A stretch of 64,000 bases of DNA from the NCBI GenBank assembly GCA_902534495.1, contig CACAQC010000004.1:5657-69656 (forward strand), written 5' to 3'. Of this stretch, positions 20,523 through 30,556 are shown piece after piece. The notes below the pieces were generated by a model. It searched no databases. It worked only from the letters and a program-made list of their open reading frames with translations, and was not told the origin of the DNA. Every line of letters begins with the position of its first letter. The first letter of the stretch is position 1. A program made the position numbers and the translations under genes. This DNA is from an uncultured Candidatus Actinomarina sp. (GTDB lineage Bacteria; Actinomycetota; Acidimicrobiia; Actinomarinales; Actinomarinaceae).

Positions 20523-23500
20523 ATGTTTAAAAGAGTAAATGCAAATATAGATCTTCCTTCAGTTGAAGCAGAAATGTCTACGTATTGGGACAGAATTAAT
20601 GCATTTGAAACATCCATGGAAAATCGAAAAAATGATAAAACTTTTAGATTTTATGATGGTCCACCATTTCCTACTGGAAGTCCACATTATGGAAACTTAC
20701 TAGCTGGTGTAATTAAAGATATTGTTCCCAGATATTGGACTATGCGTGGTTATTACGTTGAAAGAAGGTTTGGATGGGATGTCCATGGTTTACCCATTGA
20801 AATGGAAGTTCAGAAGAAGTTAAATTTAGAAGATCCTCAGCAAATTGATGAATACGGTATCGGTAAATTTAATGAAGCTTGTAGGTCGCAGGTGCAGACA
20901 AATACTGATAATTGGGAAAAAATTACCAGAAAAATTGGAAGATGGGTTGATTTCGAAAATGATTATAACACTATGGACATCGATTTTATGGAAAGTGTTT
21001 GGTGGGTATTTAAAGAATTATGGTCCAAGGGTTTAATTTACCAAGATTATAAAGTCTTGCCTTACTCATGGGCAGCATCAACACCTCTTTCAAACTTTGA
21101 AGCAAATATGGACTATAGAGATGTTGAAGATCCATCAATCTACTTTACTCTTGATGCAAGAGACAATTATAAAAAAATAATCAAAGGGGACAAGTTTTTG
21201 GTTTGGACTACCACCCCTTGGTGTATCCCTGGGAATTTAGCGATTGCTGTTGGAAAAGAAATTGAATATTCAAGAATCTCAATAAAAAACAATTTTTACT
21301 GGATAGCTACTGATAGGTTGTTTGAAATGAAAGATCATGAAATAGAGATTGTAGATGTTTCTTACGGAAAAGATTTAATAGGTGCTTCATATATACCTGC
21401 CTATAACGAATACGAGCATCTATTTAAAGAAGGTGCTTTTCGTATAATTCACAGCGATGACACAAACACTGAATCAGGCTCTGGCTTAGTTTCTCAAGCA
21501 CCTGCATACGGAGAAAGTGATTTTTATGCGTTAAAAAATGCAAATATAGATGTAATCGCAGACCCTGTAACGCTTTCAGGACGTTTTGACAGTACATTTA
21601 AAGAACTGAATGGTTTAAATGTAAAGGATGCAGATAAATTGATTATGGACCAGTTAGAGGAAAGAGGAAATCTATTCTCTAGAACTAGTGAAATGCATTC
21701 TTATCCTTTTTGCTGGAGAACTGGCACACCATTGATATATAAAGCTATACCGACGTGGTTTGTTAATGTCGAAAAAATTAGAGATAGAATGGTTGAACTT
21801 AATCAATCTACCCATTGGGTTCCTGGTTTTATTGGTGAAAAAAGATTCTCTAATTGGCTTGGTAATGCCAGAGATTGGGCGATAAGTCGTAATAGGTATT
21901 GGGGAAGCTGTATTCCAGTCTGGATAAATGTTGATGACCCGGAAGATATGCTTTGCATTGGTTCTATAGAAGAATTAGAAAATTTGTCAGGAAAAAAAAT
22001 TACTGATTTGCATAGACACTATTTGGATGACTTAGATATTGAAGTTAATGGAAAAACATATAAAAGAACATCTGAAGTGCTCGACTGCTGGTTTGAATCA
22101 GGGGCAATGCCATACGGCCAACAACATTATCCTTTTGAAAATGAAGATAATTTTTTTGATGGGTTTCCTGCAGATTTTATTGCAGAAGGTTTAGACCAAA
22201 CAAGAGGATGGTTTTATACGTTAACAGTTCTTGCCGTTGCTTTGTTTGACTCTGTTGCTTTCAAAAACTGTATCACAACTGGCATGATTCTTGCTGAAGA
22301 TGGAAGGAAAATGAGCAAAAGTCTCAAGAACTATCCTGACCCAGAAGAATTGTTGAATAGTTATGGTGGTGACAGTTTAAGAGCTTACCTTATAAACTCC
22401 CCTGTTGTAAGAGGAGAGCCATTAAAATTTTCGGAGGAAGGTGTGCAATTAGTTACAAGAAACATCATTCTTCCTTTATGGAACTCATATTCATTTTTTT
22501 CAACATATGCAAATGCTGATGATATTTCCTTTAAAGATCTTGAAAAAGCATCTCCAGTACAAGACCGGACAATGATGGACAGATGGATAATCTCATCAAT
22601 GCAATCTCTTGTTAAAACTGTTAATGAAAAAATGGAAAATTATTATTTATATGAGGTTATTCCTCCATTGATGAATTTTGTTGACGAACTTACAAATTGG
22701 TATGTTCGTTCAAATAGGAAAAGATTCTGGAAGGAAAAAGACGAAAACGACATAGACAAAATAAATGCATTCAAAACGCTTCACGAAGTGCTTTTGGAGT
22801 TCTCAAAATGTATGGCACCTGTTTTACCATTTATTTGCGAGAAAATTTATCAAGGATTGATCGAAGAAGAAAATCAAAGTATTCATTATTGTAACTATCC
22901 GATAGCAAAAGAGAGTTTAATTGATAGTGAACTTGAAGAAAATATTGAGTTGGCAAAAAAAGTTATTAAAAGCGTAAGGAATTTGAGAGTTAAATTGAAA
23001 CTTCCAAACAAACAGCCTCTGAATTCAGTAAAAATTATTACAAAAGACAGAGAAATAGAAAATAAATTAATCGTAATTAGTGATTTAATAAAAAATGAAT
23101 TGAATGTGAAGGAAGTTCTTTTTGACTTTGATGTAGATAACTGGATAGATTATGAATTTAAACCAAATTTTAAAATACTAGGGCCTAAATTAGGAAAACA
23201 AATTAACAAAATTAGCGAATATCTAAAAAATGTCGACGAAATTACTTGTGATAATATTCTTCAGGGAAATTCAGTTGTCATTGATGGTATAAAAATCTCT
23301 TCAAATGAAATTGACGTTGTTTTAAACAAAAAAGAAGAACATGAAAATCAAGATATTGTTGATGATTTCTCCTTAGTTCTTGATACTTCACTTGATGAAA
23401 CTTTAATTATGGAGAGGTTCTCTAGAGAGCTTGTTTCGTCAATTCAAAAATTAAGAAAGGACACTGGATTAGATGTTGTGGATAGAATTGAATTAACTGT

Positions 23501-23666
23501 CACATCAAATGATAATTTCGTTGAAGAAACTTTAAGAAATCACAAAGAATACGTAAAAAATGAAACTTTAGCAGTCGAACTTAAGTTAAAAAAGGAAAAT
23601 ACACAGGATTTAATTTATGACAAAAATGTTTCCTTAGATATTAAAAAATTAGCAAACAACTCTTAA
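20523..23666 (+). CDS. ileS: Isoleucine--tRNA ligase (type 2, long form)
   Basis: 1047 aa. HIGH-type motif PHYGN, KMSKS, and a CP1 editing insertion. Confidence 0.96.
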   Translation: MFKRVNANIDLPSVEAEMSTYWDRINAFETSMENRKNDKTFRFYDGPPFPTGSPHYGNLLAGVIKDIVPRYWTMRGYYVERRFGWDVHGLPIEMEVQKKLNLEDPQQIDEYGIGKFNEACRSQVQTNTDNWEKITRKIGRWVDFENDYNTMDIDFMESVWWVFKELWSKGLIYQDYKVLPYSWAASTPLSNFEANMDYRDVEDPSIYFTLDARDNYKKIIKGDKFLVWTTTPWCIPGNLAIAVGKEIEYSRISIKNNFYWIATDRLFEMKDHEIEIVDVSYGKDLIGASYIPAYNEYEHLFKEGAFRIIHSDDTNTESGSGLVSQAPAYGESDFYALKNANIDVIADPVTLSGRFDSTFKELNGLNVKDADKLIMDQLEERGNLFSRTSEMHSYPFCWRTGTPLIYKAIPTWFVNVEKIRDRMVELNQSTHWVPGFIGEKRFSNWLGNARDWAISRNRYWGSCIPVWINVDDPEDMLCIGSIEELENLSGKKITDLHRHYLDDLDIEVNGKTYKRTSEVLDCWFESGAMPYGQQHYPFENEDNFFDGFPADFIAEGLDQTRGWFYTLTVLAVALFDSVAFKNCITTGMILAEDGRKMSKSLKNYPDPEELLNSYGGDSLRAYLINSPVVRGEPLKFSEEGVQLVTRNIILPLWNSYSFFSTYANADDISFKDLEKASPVQDRTMMDRWIISSMQSLVKTVNEKMENYYLYEVIPPLMNFVDELTNWYVRSNRKRFWKEKDENDIDKINAFKTLHEVLLEFSKCMAPVLPFICEKIYQGLIEEENQSIHYCNYPIAKESLIDSELEENIELAKKVIKSVRNLRVKLKLPNKQPLNSVKIITKDREIENKLIVISDLIKNELNVKEVLFDFDVDNWIDYEFKPNFKILGPKLGKQINKISEYLKNVDEITCDNILQGNSVVIDGIKISSNEIDVVLNKKEEHENQDIVDDFSLVLDTSLDETLIMERFSRELVSSIQKLRKDTGLDVVDRIELTVTSNDNFVEETLRNHKEYVKNETLAVELKLKKENTQDLIYDKNVSLDIKKLANNS

Positions 23667-23915
23667 TATATACGGCTGCAAGATATTTATTCCAAAAATT
23701 AAAATTAAAGGTGACAAATCTATACCTGCCATTCCTATTCTTAAAGCTGGAACTCTACTTCTAATTGGGTATAGAATTTTCTCAAAGTATTTATCTAAAA
23801 AACTTTTTATTTGTCCTATAGGATGGTCGTACGGTACTTGAATCCAACTTAAAATTATCCATGCAAATAAGCTGTAATAAAAAACTCTAAATAAAAGGAA
23901 TGTAATACTACACAT
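23649..23915 (-). CDS. yggT: YggT-family membrane protein
   Basis: 88 aa with ILSW...PIRSRVPALRIGMAGIDLSPLIL, typical of YggT. The position after sepF is canonical. Confidence 0.85.
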   Translation of the reverse strand: MCSITFLLFRVFYYSLFAWIILSWIQVPYDHPIGQIKSFLDKYFEKILYPIRSRVPALRIGMAGIDLSPLILIFGINILQPYILRVVC

Positions 23916-24345
23916 TTAATTTGTACAAACCCAGTTGTTGGAGCCTTTCCCGTTCTTCAGAAGAGAGCGATGAATTCGACGGAAGTATTAAAAATACACC
24001 ATCTCTATTTATTGATCTCATAGTAGCATTACTCATGAATGCCATACCGGTCACAAAATCAAGAATTCTTCTTCTCTCTCCTTGATCTGGAATATCTCTA
24101 ATATCCATTGCTACTATAAATTCATCCTTAATAGCAACACCTAAATTGTGTATTTCAGAAAATGATCTAAGAGCCTTGATTTCAACTTCATCTTTAGGTG
24201 AGTGCACTCTTACATCTGTAAAATTCTCATTATCTATAAATCTGTTTTCACCTGATGGTCGGACTGTAGTCGTAGTCTCAGTAAACGATTCTGGAATAGA
24301 ATCGGGCTGTTTTAAGCCAATTGAAATTAAAAATTTTTCTAACAT
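23908..24345 (-). CDS. sepF: Cell division protein SepF
   Basis: 145 aa with the C-terminal SepF domain (RRRILDFVTGMAFMSNATMRSINRDGVFLILP). Confidence 0.9.
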   Translation of the reverse strand: MLEKFLISIGLKQPDSIPESFTETTTTVRPSGENRFIDNENFTDVRVHSPKDEVEIKALRSFSEIHNLGVAIKDEFIVAMDIRDIPDQGERRRILDFVTGMAFMSNATMRSINRDGVFLILPSNSSLSSEERERLQQLGLYKLNV

Positions 24346-24962
24346 TATGTGAATATTTTACTTCCTACTCGGATTATTGTAGCACCATAATCAAGAGCTA
24401 TTTCATAGTCATCTGACATTCCCATTGAAAGCTCTCCTACATATTCACTGTATTTTTTCTTTAATTCAGCGTTTATGCTTTGCATTTTAGAAAATACTAC
24501 TCTCGGGTCTGATTGTATATTTGGTATGCACATGAGGCCAATTGGTAAATCGATACTGTTTTTTGAATATTCAAAATATTCATAAATTAAATCAGGATCT
24601 ATGCCTGACTTGTTGAGATCTTTATCTATATTTATTTGAAGTAAAACTTTCCTTTTTTTATCTAATTTTGAAATTAAATCTATTTCTTTGAAACGACTTA
24701 TGGTATGAATGAATTCAAAATTTTCAAAAATAACTTTTATTTTTCTTGATTGAATGGGAGCAATAAAGTGAAACACAGCATCGTCAAATTTATCGGAATG
24801 TAAGAAATAGTCATCAAGCCTATTTTCACCAAATTCCCTAAAACCGCAATTATATACTTCTTTTACTTCTTCAACAGTTCTATTTTTGATTACAGGTATT
24901 AGCTTTGCGTTATAGTTTGATAACTTTTTAGAAATAGTATTTAAATTCTTTTCTATATCCAT
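24345..24962 (-). CDS. yggS: YggS-family PLP homeostasis protein
   Basis: 205 aa. Contains VIKNRTVEEV...GENRLDD and LSMGMSDDYEIALDYGATIIRVGSKIF. Confidence 0.88.
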   Translation of the reverse strand: MDIEKNLNTISKKLSNYNAKLIPVIKNRTVEEVKEVYNCGFREFGENRLDDYFLHSDKFDDAVFHFIAPIQSRKIKVIFENFEFIHTISRFKEIDLISKLDKKRKVLLQINIDKDLNKSGIDPDLIYEYFEYSKNSIDLPIGLMCIPNIQSDPRVVFSKMQSINAELKKKYSEYVGELSMGMSDDYEIALDYGATIIRVGSKIFT

Positions 24963-25543
24963 ATGAAACTAAATTGCCTTTCATTTGTTCTATTTTCTCT
25001 ATATGAAAAATATTTTTTATTACAAATAGTGCATTCACCCGTATCTTCTAAATTTATATTATTTTTAAATGCAAAGTTTTTAATGTTTTTAGTTAAATCT
25101 AGATAATATTTATTTTCAACTATATCAATAGAATTTTTAAATTTTTTAGTAAACTCAACTCCTACTTCGTAACAGCATTTCCTAGCGTGTGGTCCTATTG
25201 AAATGCTTAAACTTGATATATCGTGGACTTTTAAACTTTTTTCAAATATTAATTGTTCTAATCCCCGCCAGCCAGCATGGATTGCGGATATTCTTTTATT
25301 TGATTCCATTAAAATGGGAACGCAATCAGCAGTTGTTACCACCAGTGGTAAAAGTTTTTTGTCAGTGTAGAGTCCATCACATTCATAAGTTTCATGGGAA
25401 TCAGCAAATGAGATATCCGATGAATGTGTTTGGTGCATTGTTGCAGAGCCTTTTTCAAAACCAACACTTTTTAGGACTTGCTCAAGACTCCCATCGTTTG
25501 CGGATGAAAAGTAAGCATTATTTAAAATTTGTGAACGTATCAT
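24953..25543 (-). CDS. pgeF: Peptidoglycan editing factor PgeF (YfiH/laccase-domain protein)
   Basis: 196 aa with TADCVPIL and AIHAGWRG motifs. The position after ftsZ is canonical. Confidence 0.85.
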   Translation of the reverse strand: MIRSQILNNAYFSSANDGSLEQVLKSVGFEKGSATMHQTHSSDISFADSHETYECDGLYTDKKLLPLVVTTADCVPILMESNKRISAIHAGWRGLEQLIFEKSLKVHDISSLSISIGPHARKCCYEVGVEFTKKFKNSIDIVENKYYLDLTKNIKNFAFKNNINLEDTGECTICNKKYFSYRENRTNERQFSFIWI

Positions 25544-26607
25544 CCCTTAATGAAATCAGGAAGACCGTCACCTCCATTATCAATTTGCTCAGAATCATTT
25601 CTTAATCTTCTATTTGGTCTTGGTCCAAACCCTGCAGCTACAACTGTGACTTCCACGGCATCGCCAAGCGATTCATCTACAATGTGACCAAAGATGATTT
25701 CAGCATTGTCATCAGCACGCTCTGTAATAACTCTTGCTGCTTCATCAACCTCTTGAAGTTTCAAATCTGCAGAACCTGTTATAGTTATCAATACTCCTTC
25801 TGCTCCATCCATATTTGCTTCAAGCAAAGGTGAAGATATAGCAGCCTGTGCTGCATTTGGTGCACGCTGTTCACCAGTAGATCTACCTATTCCTAGCACC
25901 GCACTACCAGCGTCTTTCAAAATAGTTTTTACATCAGCAAAGTCAACATTAATTACTCCAGGCTGAGTAATTAACCCAGAAATTCCCTTTACACCATTTG
26001 ATAAAATTTCATCTGATTTTAAATATGCTTCATTTACCTTTACATTGTTATCACTTATTTGCAAAAGCCTGTCATTAGGAATAACAATTAGCGTGTCAAG
26101 CACATCTCTTAAAGCTTGAACGCCTTCTTCTGCTTGAACAGATCTTCTTCTTCCTTCAAAACCAAAAGGTCTTGTAACAACACCTACTGTCAATGCGCCT
26201 AACTCGTGGGCTATTTCAGCAATTACTGGGGATGCACCTGTTCCAGTTCCTCCACCTTCGCCTGCTGTAATAAATACCATGTCTGACCCTTTTAATGCTT
26301 CTTTAATTAAATCTGCTGAATCCAATGCAGCTTGTCTTCCAACTTCTGGATTAGCACCAGCACCAAGCCCTCTTGTTGTTTTTCTACCTAGATCTAATTT
26401 GAGGTCAGCTTTTGAACCAAGTAAACTTTGAGCATCTGTATTGGCAGCAATAAAATCTACACCTTTAATGCCCATCTTTATCATCCTATTAACAGCATTG
26501 GTTCCTCCGCCACCAACACCAACAACTTTGATAACAGCTGTGTAATTTCTTGGTCTCATATTTAAATTTACTCCCTTTTGTTTTGATTTCTTACTTCTTT
26601 GTGCCAT
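25540..26607 (-). CDS. ftsZ: Cell division GTPase FtsZ
   Basis: Contains [15 protein letters not shown] and [13 protein letters not shown], with a C-terminal peptide GLPDFIKG. I place the start at ATG 26607-26605 (MAQRSKK...) because a GGAG lies 7 nt upstream. The track start at 26658 adds 17 implausible residues. Confidence 0.95.
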   Translation of the reverse strand: MAQRSKKSKQKGVNLNMRPRNYTAVIKVVGVGGGGTNAVNRMIKMGIKGVDFIAANTDAQSLLGSKADLKLDLGRKTTRGLGAGANPEVGRQAALDSADLIKEALKGSDMVFITAGEGGGTGTGASPVIAEIAHELGALTVGVVTRPFGFEGRRRSVQAEEGVQALRDVLDTLIVIPNDRLLQISDNNVKVNEAYLKSDEILSNGVKGISGLITQPGVINVDFADVKTILKDAGSAVLGIGRSTGEQRAPNAAQAAISSPLLEANMDGAEGVLITITGSADLKLQEVDEAARVITERADDNAEIIFGHIVDESLGDAVEVTVVAAGFGPRPNRRLRNDSEQIDNGGDGLPDFIKG

Positions 26608-26697
26608 AAAATCTCCAATTGATGAAACTAGATTATCATCATATACAAATATAAACAATAAATTTTGTGTATTTTTATCTATACCTAAACTTTAGGT

Positions 26698-27399
26698 TTA
26701 TATTTTGCAATCTGTTACAAATGAATTGTTTGTTATGAATCGTACTGTTCCTTCGCAGCTTCCATACGAGAGTAGCTCCCCTATGGAAGCTGCTTTTGTT
26801 GCTAAGTCAATCGGCGAACCAAAAAGAATCTCAGTGTCTTCATAGTATCCTATGATACTTGTACCGGAGTGGGTGAGCTTCAAAGAACCCACGTTGATGT
26901 CATCAAAGCTATTCAGAGTCATAAAAAGAGCAACAATCTCTCCATTGAATCCTCTATCAACTGGTCCATTTACAATTGTCACTGACATTGCATTTTTTGA
27001 AGCTTCAATAGATTCAGCAGTATATAAATTTTTAAATAAGACTGTTAATTTTGGTTGAGAACCCCTCAAATCAGATATTTCAGCAATTTGTTCGTGAAAA
27101 TTTAATTTTACTTTTAATTTAGAAGGTAAAATTTTAACAAGTTCTATTTTTTCTATTGTAGGATCAGTAACGTAAAGACTTTCTAATGAGGATTCATCCA
27201 ATATCCAAATAGATTTATCATACACACTATTCAAGAAGGTGTTGTCAACAGTGTAATTTGGAGAAAATTCTACATATCTAACCATGTATCTAGATGAAAA
27301 TATAAGATATGAAGGTAAGAGAAGGGCTAGTAAAAAAATAGAAAATACTAAAAATGTTCTAAGGCTGGTTTTTTCTACATCAATATTTCCTTTTATCAA
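26698..27399 (-). CDS. ftsQ: Cell division protein FtsQ/DivIB
   Basis: 233 aa with a single N-terminal TM helix followed by a POTRA-like region. Canonical position between murB/murC and ftsZ. Confidence 0.75.
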   Translation of the reverse strand: MIKGNIDVEKTSLRTFLVFSIFLLALLLPSYLIFSSRYMVRYVEFSPNYTVDNTFLNSVYDKSIWILDESSLESLYVTDPTIEKIELVKILPSKLKVKLNFHEQIAEISDLRGSQPKLTVLFKNLYTAESIEASKNAMSVTIVNGPVDRGFNGEIVALFMTLNSFDDINVGSLKLTHSGTSIIGYYEDTEILFGSPIDLATKAASIGELLSYGSCEGTVRFITNNSFVTDCKI

Positions 27400-28253
27400 T
27401 CAAAATCTCCAACGAATATAATTTCTTCTTCGAGCTTTACATTATATTTATTTAAAATATCATTTTTGACAAAATTGACTAATTTATACAAGGCTGAAGA
27501 TTTTGCATCCTTATCAGCAATAAAAAAGTTAGAGTGTTTTTCACTAACTCTTACTCCGTCTATTTTATATCCTTTAAGGCCTGCATTTTCAATCAATTCA
27601 GCAGCAAAATAATCTTTGCCATTTTTAAATACACTACCAGCATTATATAAAGCGGAAGGCTGAGTGTTTTTTCGATGGTTTGTAAATTCTTTCATTTTTT
27701 TGCTAATTTTTTCTGGATCTCCATCAGGAAAATGCATTGTTACAGATAAGATTATTGAATTATTAATATCTGTGAATCTATACCCATAATTTATTTCAGA
27801 TTTTTTGATTTTTTTGATTTTTTTACTTTCAAGATCGAAATATTCAAAAGCTTCTACATAATCTAGAAATTCATAACCGTAGCAACCCGCATTCATGGAT
27901 AAAGCTCCACCGGCTGTTCCAGGTATTCCTAAAAGGAATTCACCATCGCTCAAATTTTTAGATTTTAAAAATCTTGAAATTTCTGGTAAGTAGGTACCTG
28001 AACCTAACTCAAGTTTATTAGTTTTTTTGTCATAATTTATATAGTTTATTCTTGACTGTATTACCGCTCCATCAAATTCTTTTTCTGAAAATGCAATATT
28101 TGAACCTTTTCCTAAAATAAAATATTTACTAAACGTGTCAAATTCACTAAAGTTATGAAGATCATTTTTATCTTCCAGTAAAAAAAAATTTTTACAAGCA
28201 CCACCAAAACGATATGTTGTTTCGTTTTTTAATAAAACTTTTTGTTTAATCAT
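27396..28253 (-). CDS. murB: UDP-N-acetylenolpyruvoylglucosamine reductase
   Basis: 285 aa. Contains TTYRFGGACKNFF, GKGSNI and the FAD-binding PCMH fold pattern. Confidence 0.88.
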   Translation of the reverse strand: MIKQKVLLKNETTYRFGGACKNFFLLEDKNDLHNFSEFDTFSKYFILGKGSNIAFSEKEFDGAVIQSRINYINYDKKTNKLELGSGTYLPEISRFLKSKNLSDGEFLLGIPGTAGGALSMNAGCYGYEFLDYVEAFEYFDLESKKIKKIKKSEINYGYRFTDINNSIILSVTMHFPDGDPEKISKKMKEFTNHRKNTQPSALYNAGSVFKNGKDYFAAELIENAGLKGYKIDGVRVSEKHSNFFIADKDAKSSALYKLVNFVKNDILNKYNVKLEEEIIFVGDFD

Positions 28254-29559
28254 TTAAATATTTTAGTATCTGTGGACCCAATAAGGTAATATCTCCGGCA
28301 CCAAGAGTTAAAACAGTATCTCCGGGTTTAATATTATTTTTAATAAAAATTGGTACGGATCGAATTGATTTAATGTATTTAATTTTGCTGTTTGATAAGT
28401 TTTTACTCGATACTCCTGGGATTGGCTCTTCTCCAGCTGAATAAATGTCTGTAACTATTGGGACATCAGCAATATCTAAACTGTGCTGAAATTCTTCAAA
28501 ATTATCTCGCGTTCTTGTATAGCGATGAGGTTGGAAAATAACATATAATTTGCCATCAGTTATATTATTTAAAGCGCTGATAGTTGCCTTCATTTCTGTC
28601 GGATGATGTCCATAATCATCATAGAATTTAGTATTGTTATAGGACCCTATATACTCTATTCTTCTTTTGACACCAGCGAATTCAGAGATAGCATTTAAGC
28701 TATCTATTATCGATATTCCATAAACATTACAAATTGCGATTGCAGCTACAATATTTGACAGATAGTGGTCTCCAATTAACTTAGTTGAAACTTGATAGGT
28801 TTTATTTTTGTATTCAAAAGAACTAGGAGTTTGTATTTTATAATCTGAGTTTTTTGTTGATGAATAGGAAATTGTACTTTTATCATTTATTAAGCAAAGA
28901 TTCTTATCGTCATAATTTAAAACTTTTACACCTTTTACATTTTTGATTACGTAACTGAATGCATCAATTAAATTTTCATACGATCCATAAAAATCCAGAT
29001 GATCATTGTCTATATTTGTAACAATTAAATCTTTTATATTTATATTTTTAAATGTATTAAAAGCTTCATCAGTTTCAAGTATTAGGGGAAGGTTGTCTTC
29101 ACCACAATGACCACCAAGGTAACCAAAACTACTGACTCCTCCGTAAATAAATGATACATTTTTATTATTAAATTGAAATATATGAGAAACCAAAGCTGTT
29201 GTCGAAGTTTTTCCATGAGTGCCAGTAATTCCAATAATGTCTTTTTCATTTGATAATTCTCTGAAAAAATTTGGTCTTGAAATAACGTTTTTATTTTTTT
29301 TAAAATTTTTAAGAAAAGTATTATCAAGATTCACAGCTGACGAGATTATATAAAGCACATCTTTCTCGTATATAAAATCCTCATAATTTTGATAAGTTCT
29401 TACACCATCGTTTTCTAGTATATTGGTAATATAAGAGATTCTTTGATCGTAACCCTCTACATGATAGCCCTTTTGTTTGAGGTATTTAGCAATTGAGCTC
29501 ATGCCTGAGCCACCAATACCCATTATGAAGACTTTATTGAAACTATTTAATAAGCTCAT
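28246..29559 (-). CDS. murC: UDP-N-acetylmuramate--L-alanine ligase
   Basis: 437 aa. Contains GIGGSGMSSIAKYL, GITGTHGKTSTT and DDYGHHPTE. Confidence 0.95.
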   Translation of the reverse strand: MSLLNSFNKVFIMGIGGSGMSSIAKYLKQKGYHVEGYDQRISYITNILENDGVRTYQNYEDFIYEKDVLYIISSAVNLDNTFLKNFKKNKNVISRPNFFRELSNEKDIIGITGTHGKTSTTALVSHIFQFNNKNVSFIYGGVSSFGYLGGHCGEDNLPLILETDEAFNTFKNINIKDLIVTNIDNDHLDFYGSYENLIDAFSYVIKNVKGVKVLNYDDKNLCLINDKSTISYSSTKNSDYKIQTPSSFEYKNKTYQVSTKLIGDHYLSNIVAAIAICNVYGISIIDSLNAISEFAGVKRRIEYIGSYNNTKFYDDYGHHPTEMKATISALNNITDGKLYVIFQPHRYTRTRDNFEEFQHSLDIADVPIVTDIYSAGEEPIPGVSSKNLSNSKIKYIKSIRSVPIFIKNNIKPGDTVLTLGAGDITLLGPQILKYLND

Positions 29560-30556
29560 CTAACAATATTTCACTGATTACTGAATTTCCTGCTTCAATT
29601 TTAAATTTATTTATTTTTTTATTTTTATTTTTTATAAAATTATCAATTTCATTCGTCAAATCATCGTAATTATCAATAATTTTTGCTGCATTTATTTTCT
29701 CCAAATATTCAGCATTAAGTCGCTGGTGAGATGAGGTAGTTCCATGTTTGAAAGGAATAAGTAACTGGAAAATATCCAAGTATACAGCTTCTAGTACCCC
29801 CCCGCCTGCACGAGATACTTGTAAGTCAATTGAATTGTAAAACAATTCCATATCATGAATATAATTATGAGGAAAGTAATTTATTCGGCTGGTATTAGCT
29901 ATTGCATTATCCTTACCAGCAATGTGGACAATATCCACATCTAAATATCTTTTATCTTCACAAATTTTATAGACAAGATTATTTATTTCTTCTGAACCTT
30001 GACTTCCACCTTGAAAACCAATTGTAAAATTAGAATTTACTTTAGTTTTTTTGTAATTTAAATCTAAATTCAAAATTGGACCACAATAATTAATTTTGTT
30101 TTTTTGAATGTTTTGAGTATCTGGAAAAGATGTAAATACAATATTTGAAAAAGGGGCTGCAATTTTATTTCCTAAACCTGAATATACGTTTTGTTCTTGT
30201 ATGTAGAAATTTACATTTAATAACTTTGAAACAATAGCTGAAATAGGTGCAATATATGCACCAGTAGTAAAAAGAAATTGAGGTTTATGTTTTTTTAAAG
30301 ATTTATATAAAAAAATAATACTCTCTAACATTTTAATTAATTTGAGTAAATATGCACCAATACCTTTTTGTGAAGAAACAAATGGATAAACTATAATTTC
30401 AATATCTTTGTCTTTGAAATACTCAACACCTCTCTCATCAGTAACTACTAAAATATTTTTTTTATCTAGACCCTGATTGAGCATTGATTTTATAACATTA
30501 TAAGCTGGCAATACATGGCCACCAGTTCCAACACATAAAAATACACCTTTACTCAT
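29543..30556 (-). CDS. murG: Lipid II-forming N-acetylglucosaminyl transferase
   Basis: 337 aa with GTGGHVLPA at the N-terminus and SRAGGGVLEA in the C-terminal half. Confidence 0.9.
   Translation of the reverse strand: MSKGVFLCVGTGGHVLPAYNVIKSMLNQGLDKKNILVVTDERGVEYFKDKDIEIIVYPFVSSQKGIGAYLLKLIKMLESIIFLYKSLKKHKPQFLFTTGAYIAPISAIVSKLLNVNFYIQEQNVYSGLGNKIAAPFSNIVFTSFPDTQNIQKNKINYCGPILNLDLNYKKTKVNSNFTIGFQGGSQGSEEINNLVYKICEDKRYLDVDIVHIAGKDNAIANTSRINYFPHNYIHDMELFYNSIDLQVSRAGGGVLEAVYLDIFQLLIPFKHGTTSSHQRLNAEYLEKINAAKIIDNYDDLTNEIDNFIKNKNKKINKFKIEAGNSVISEILLDELIK

Noticed and set aside
25189-25605. 138-aa plus-strand ORF
   Set aside because: It lies antisense to pgeF and the 3' end of ftsZ, both well supported.
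26608-26658. 17-codon N-terminal extension of ftsZ ([17 protein letters not shown])
   Set aside because: The internal ATG at 26607 has a GGAG at proper spacing and gives a typical FtsZ N-terminus. The extension has no RBS.
26683-26697. 15-bp perfect palindrome ACCTAAAcTTTAGGT directly after the ftsQ stop, upstream of ftsZ
   Set aside because: It could be a regulator site, but it is short and AT-rich and cannot form a hairpin with a 1-nt centre. It is not distinguishable from chance in this composition without comparative data.
29082-29327. 81-aa minus-strand ORF in an alternative frame within murC
   Set aside because: It is nested in the murC coding sequence. It is Lys/Leu/Ile-rich as expected from an AT-rich off-frame translation.
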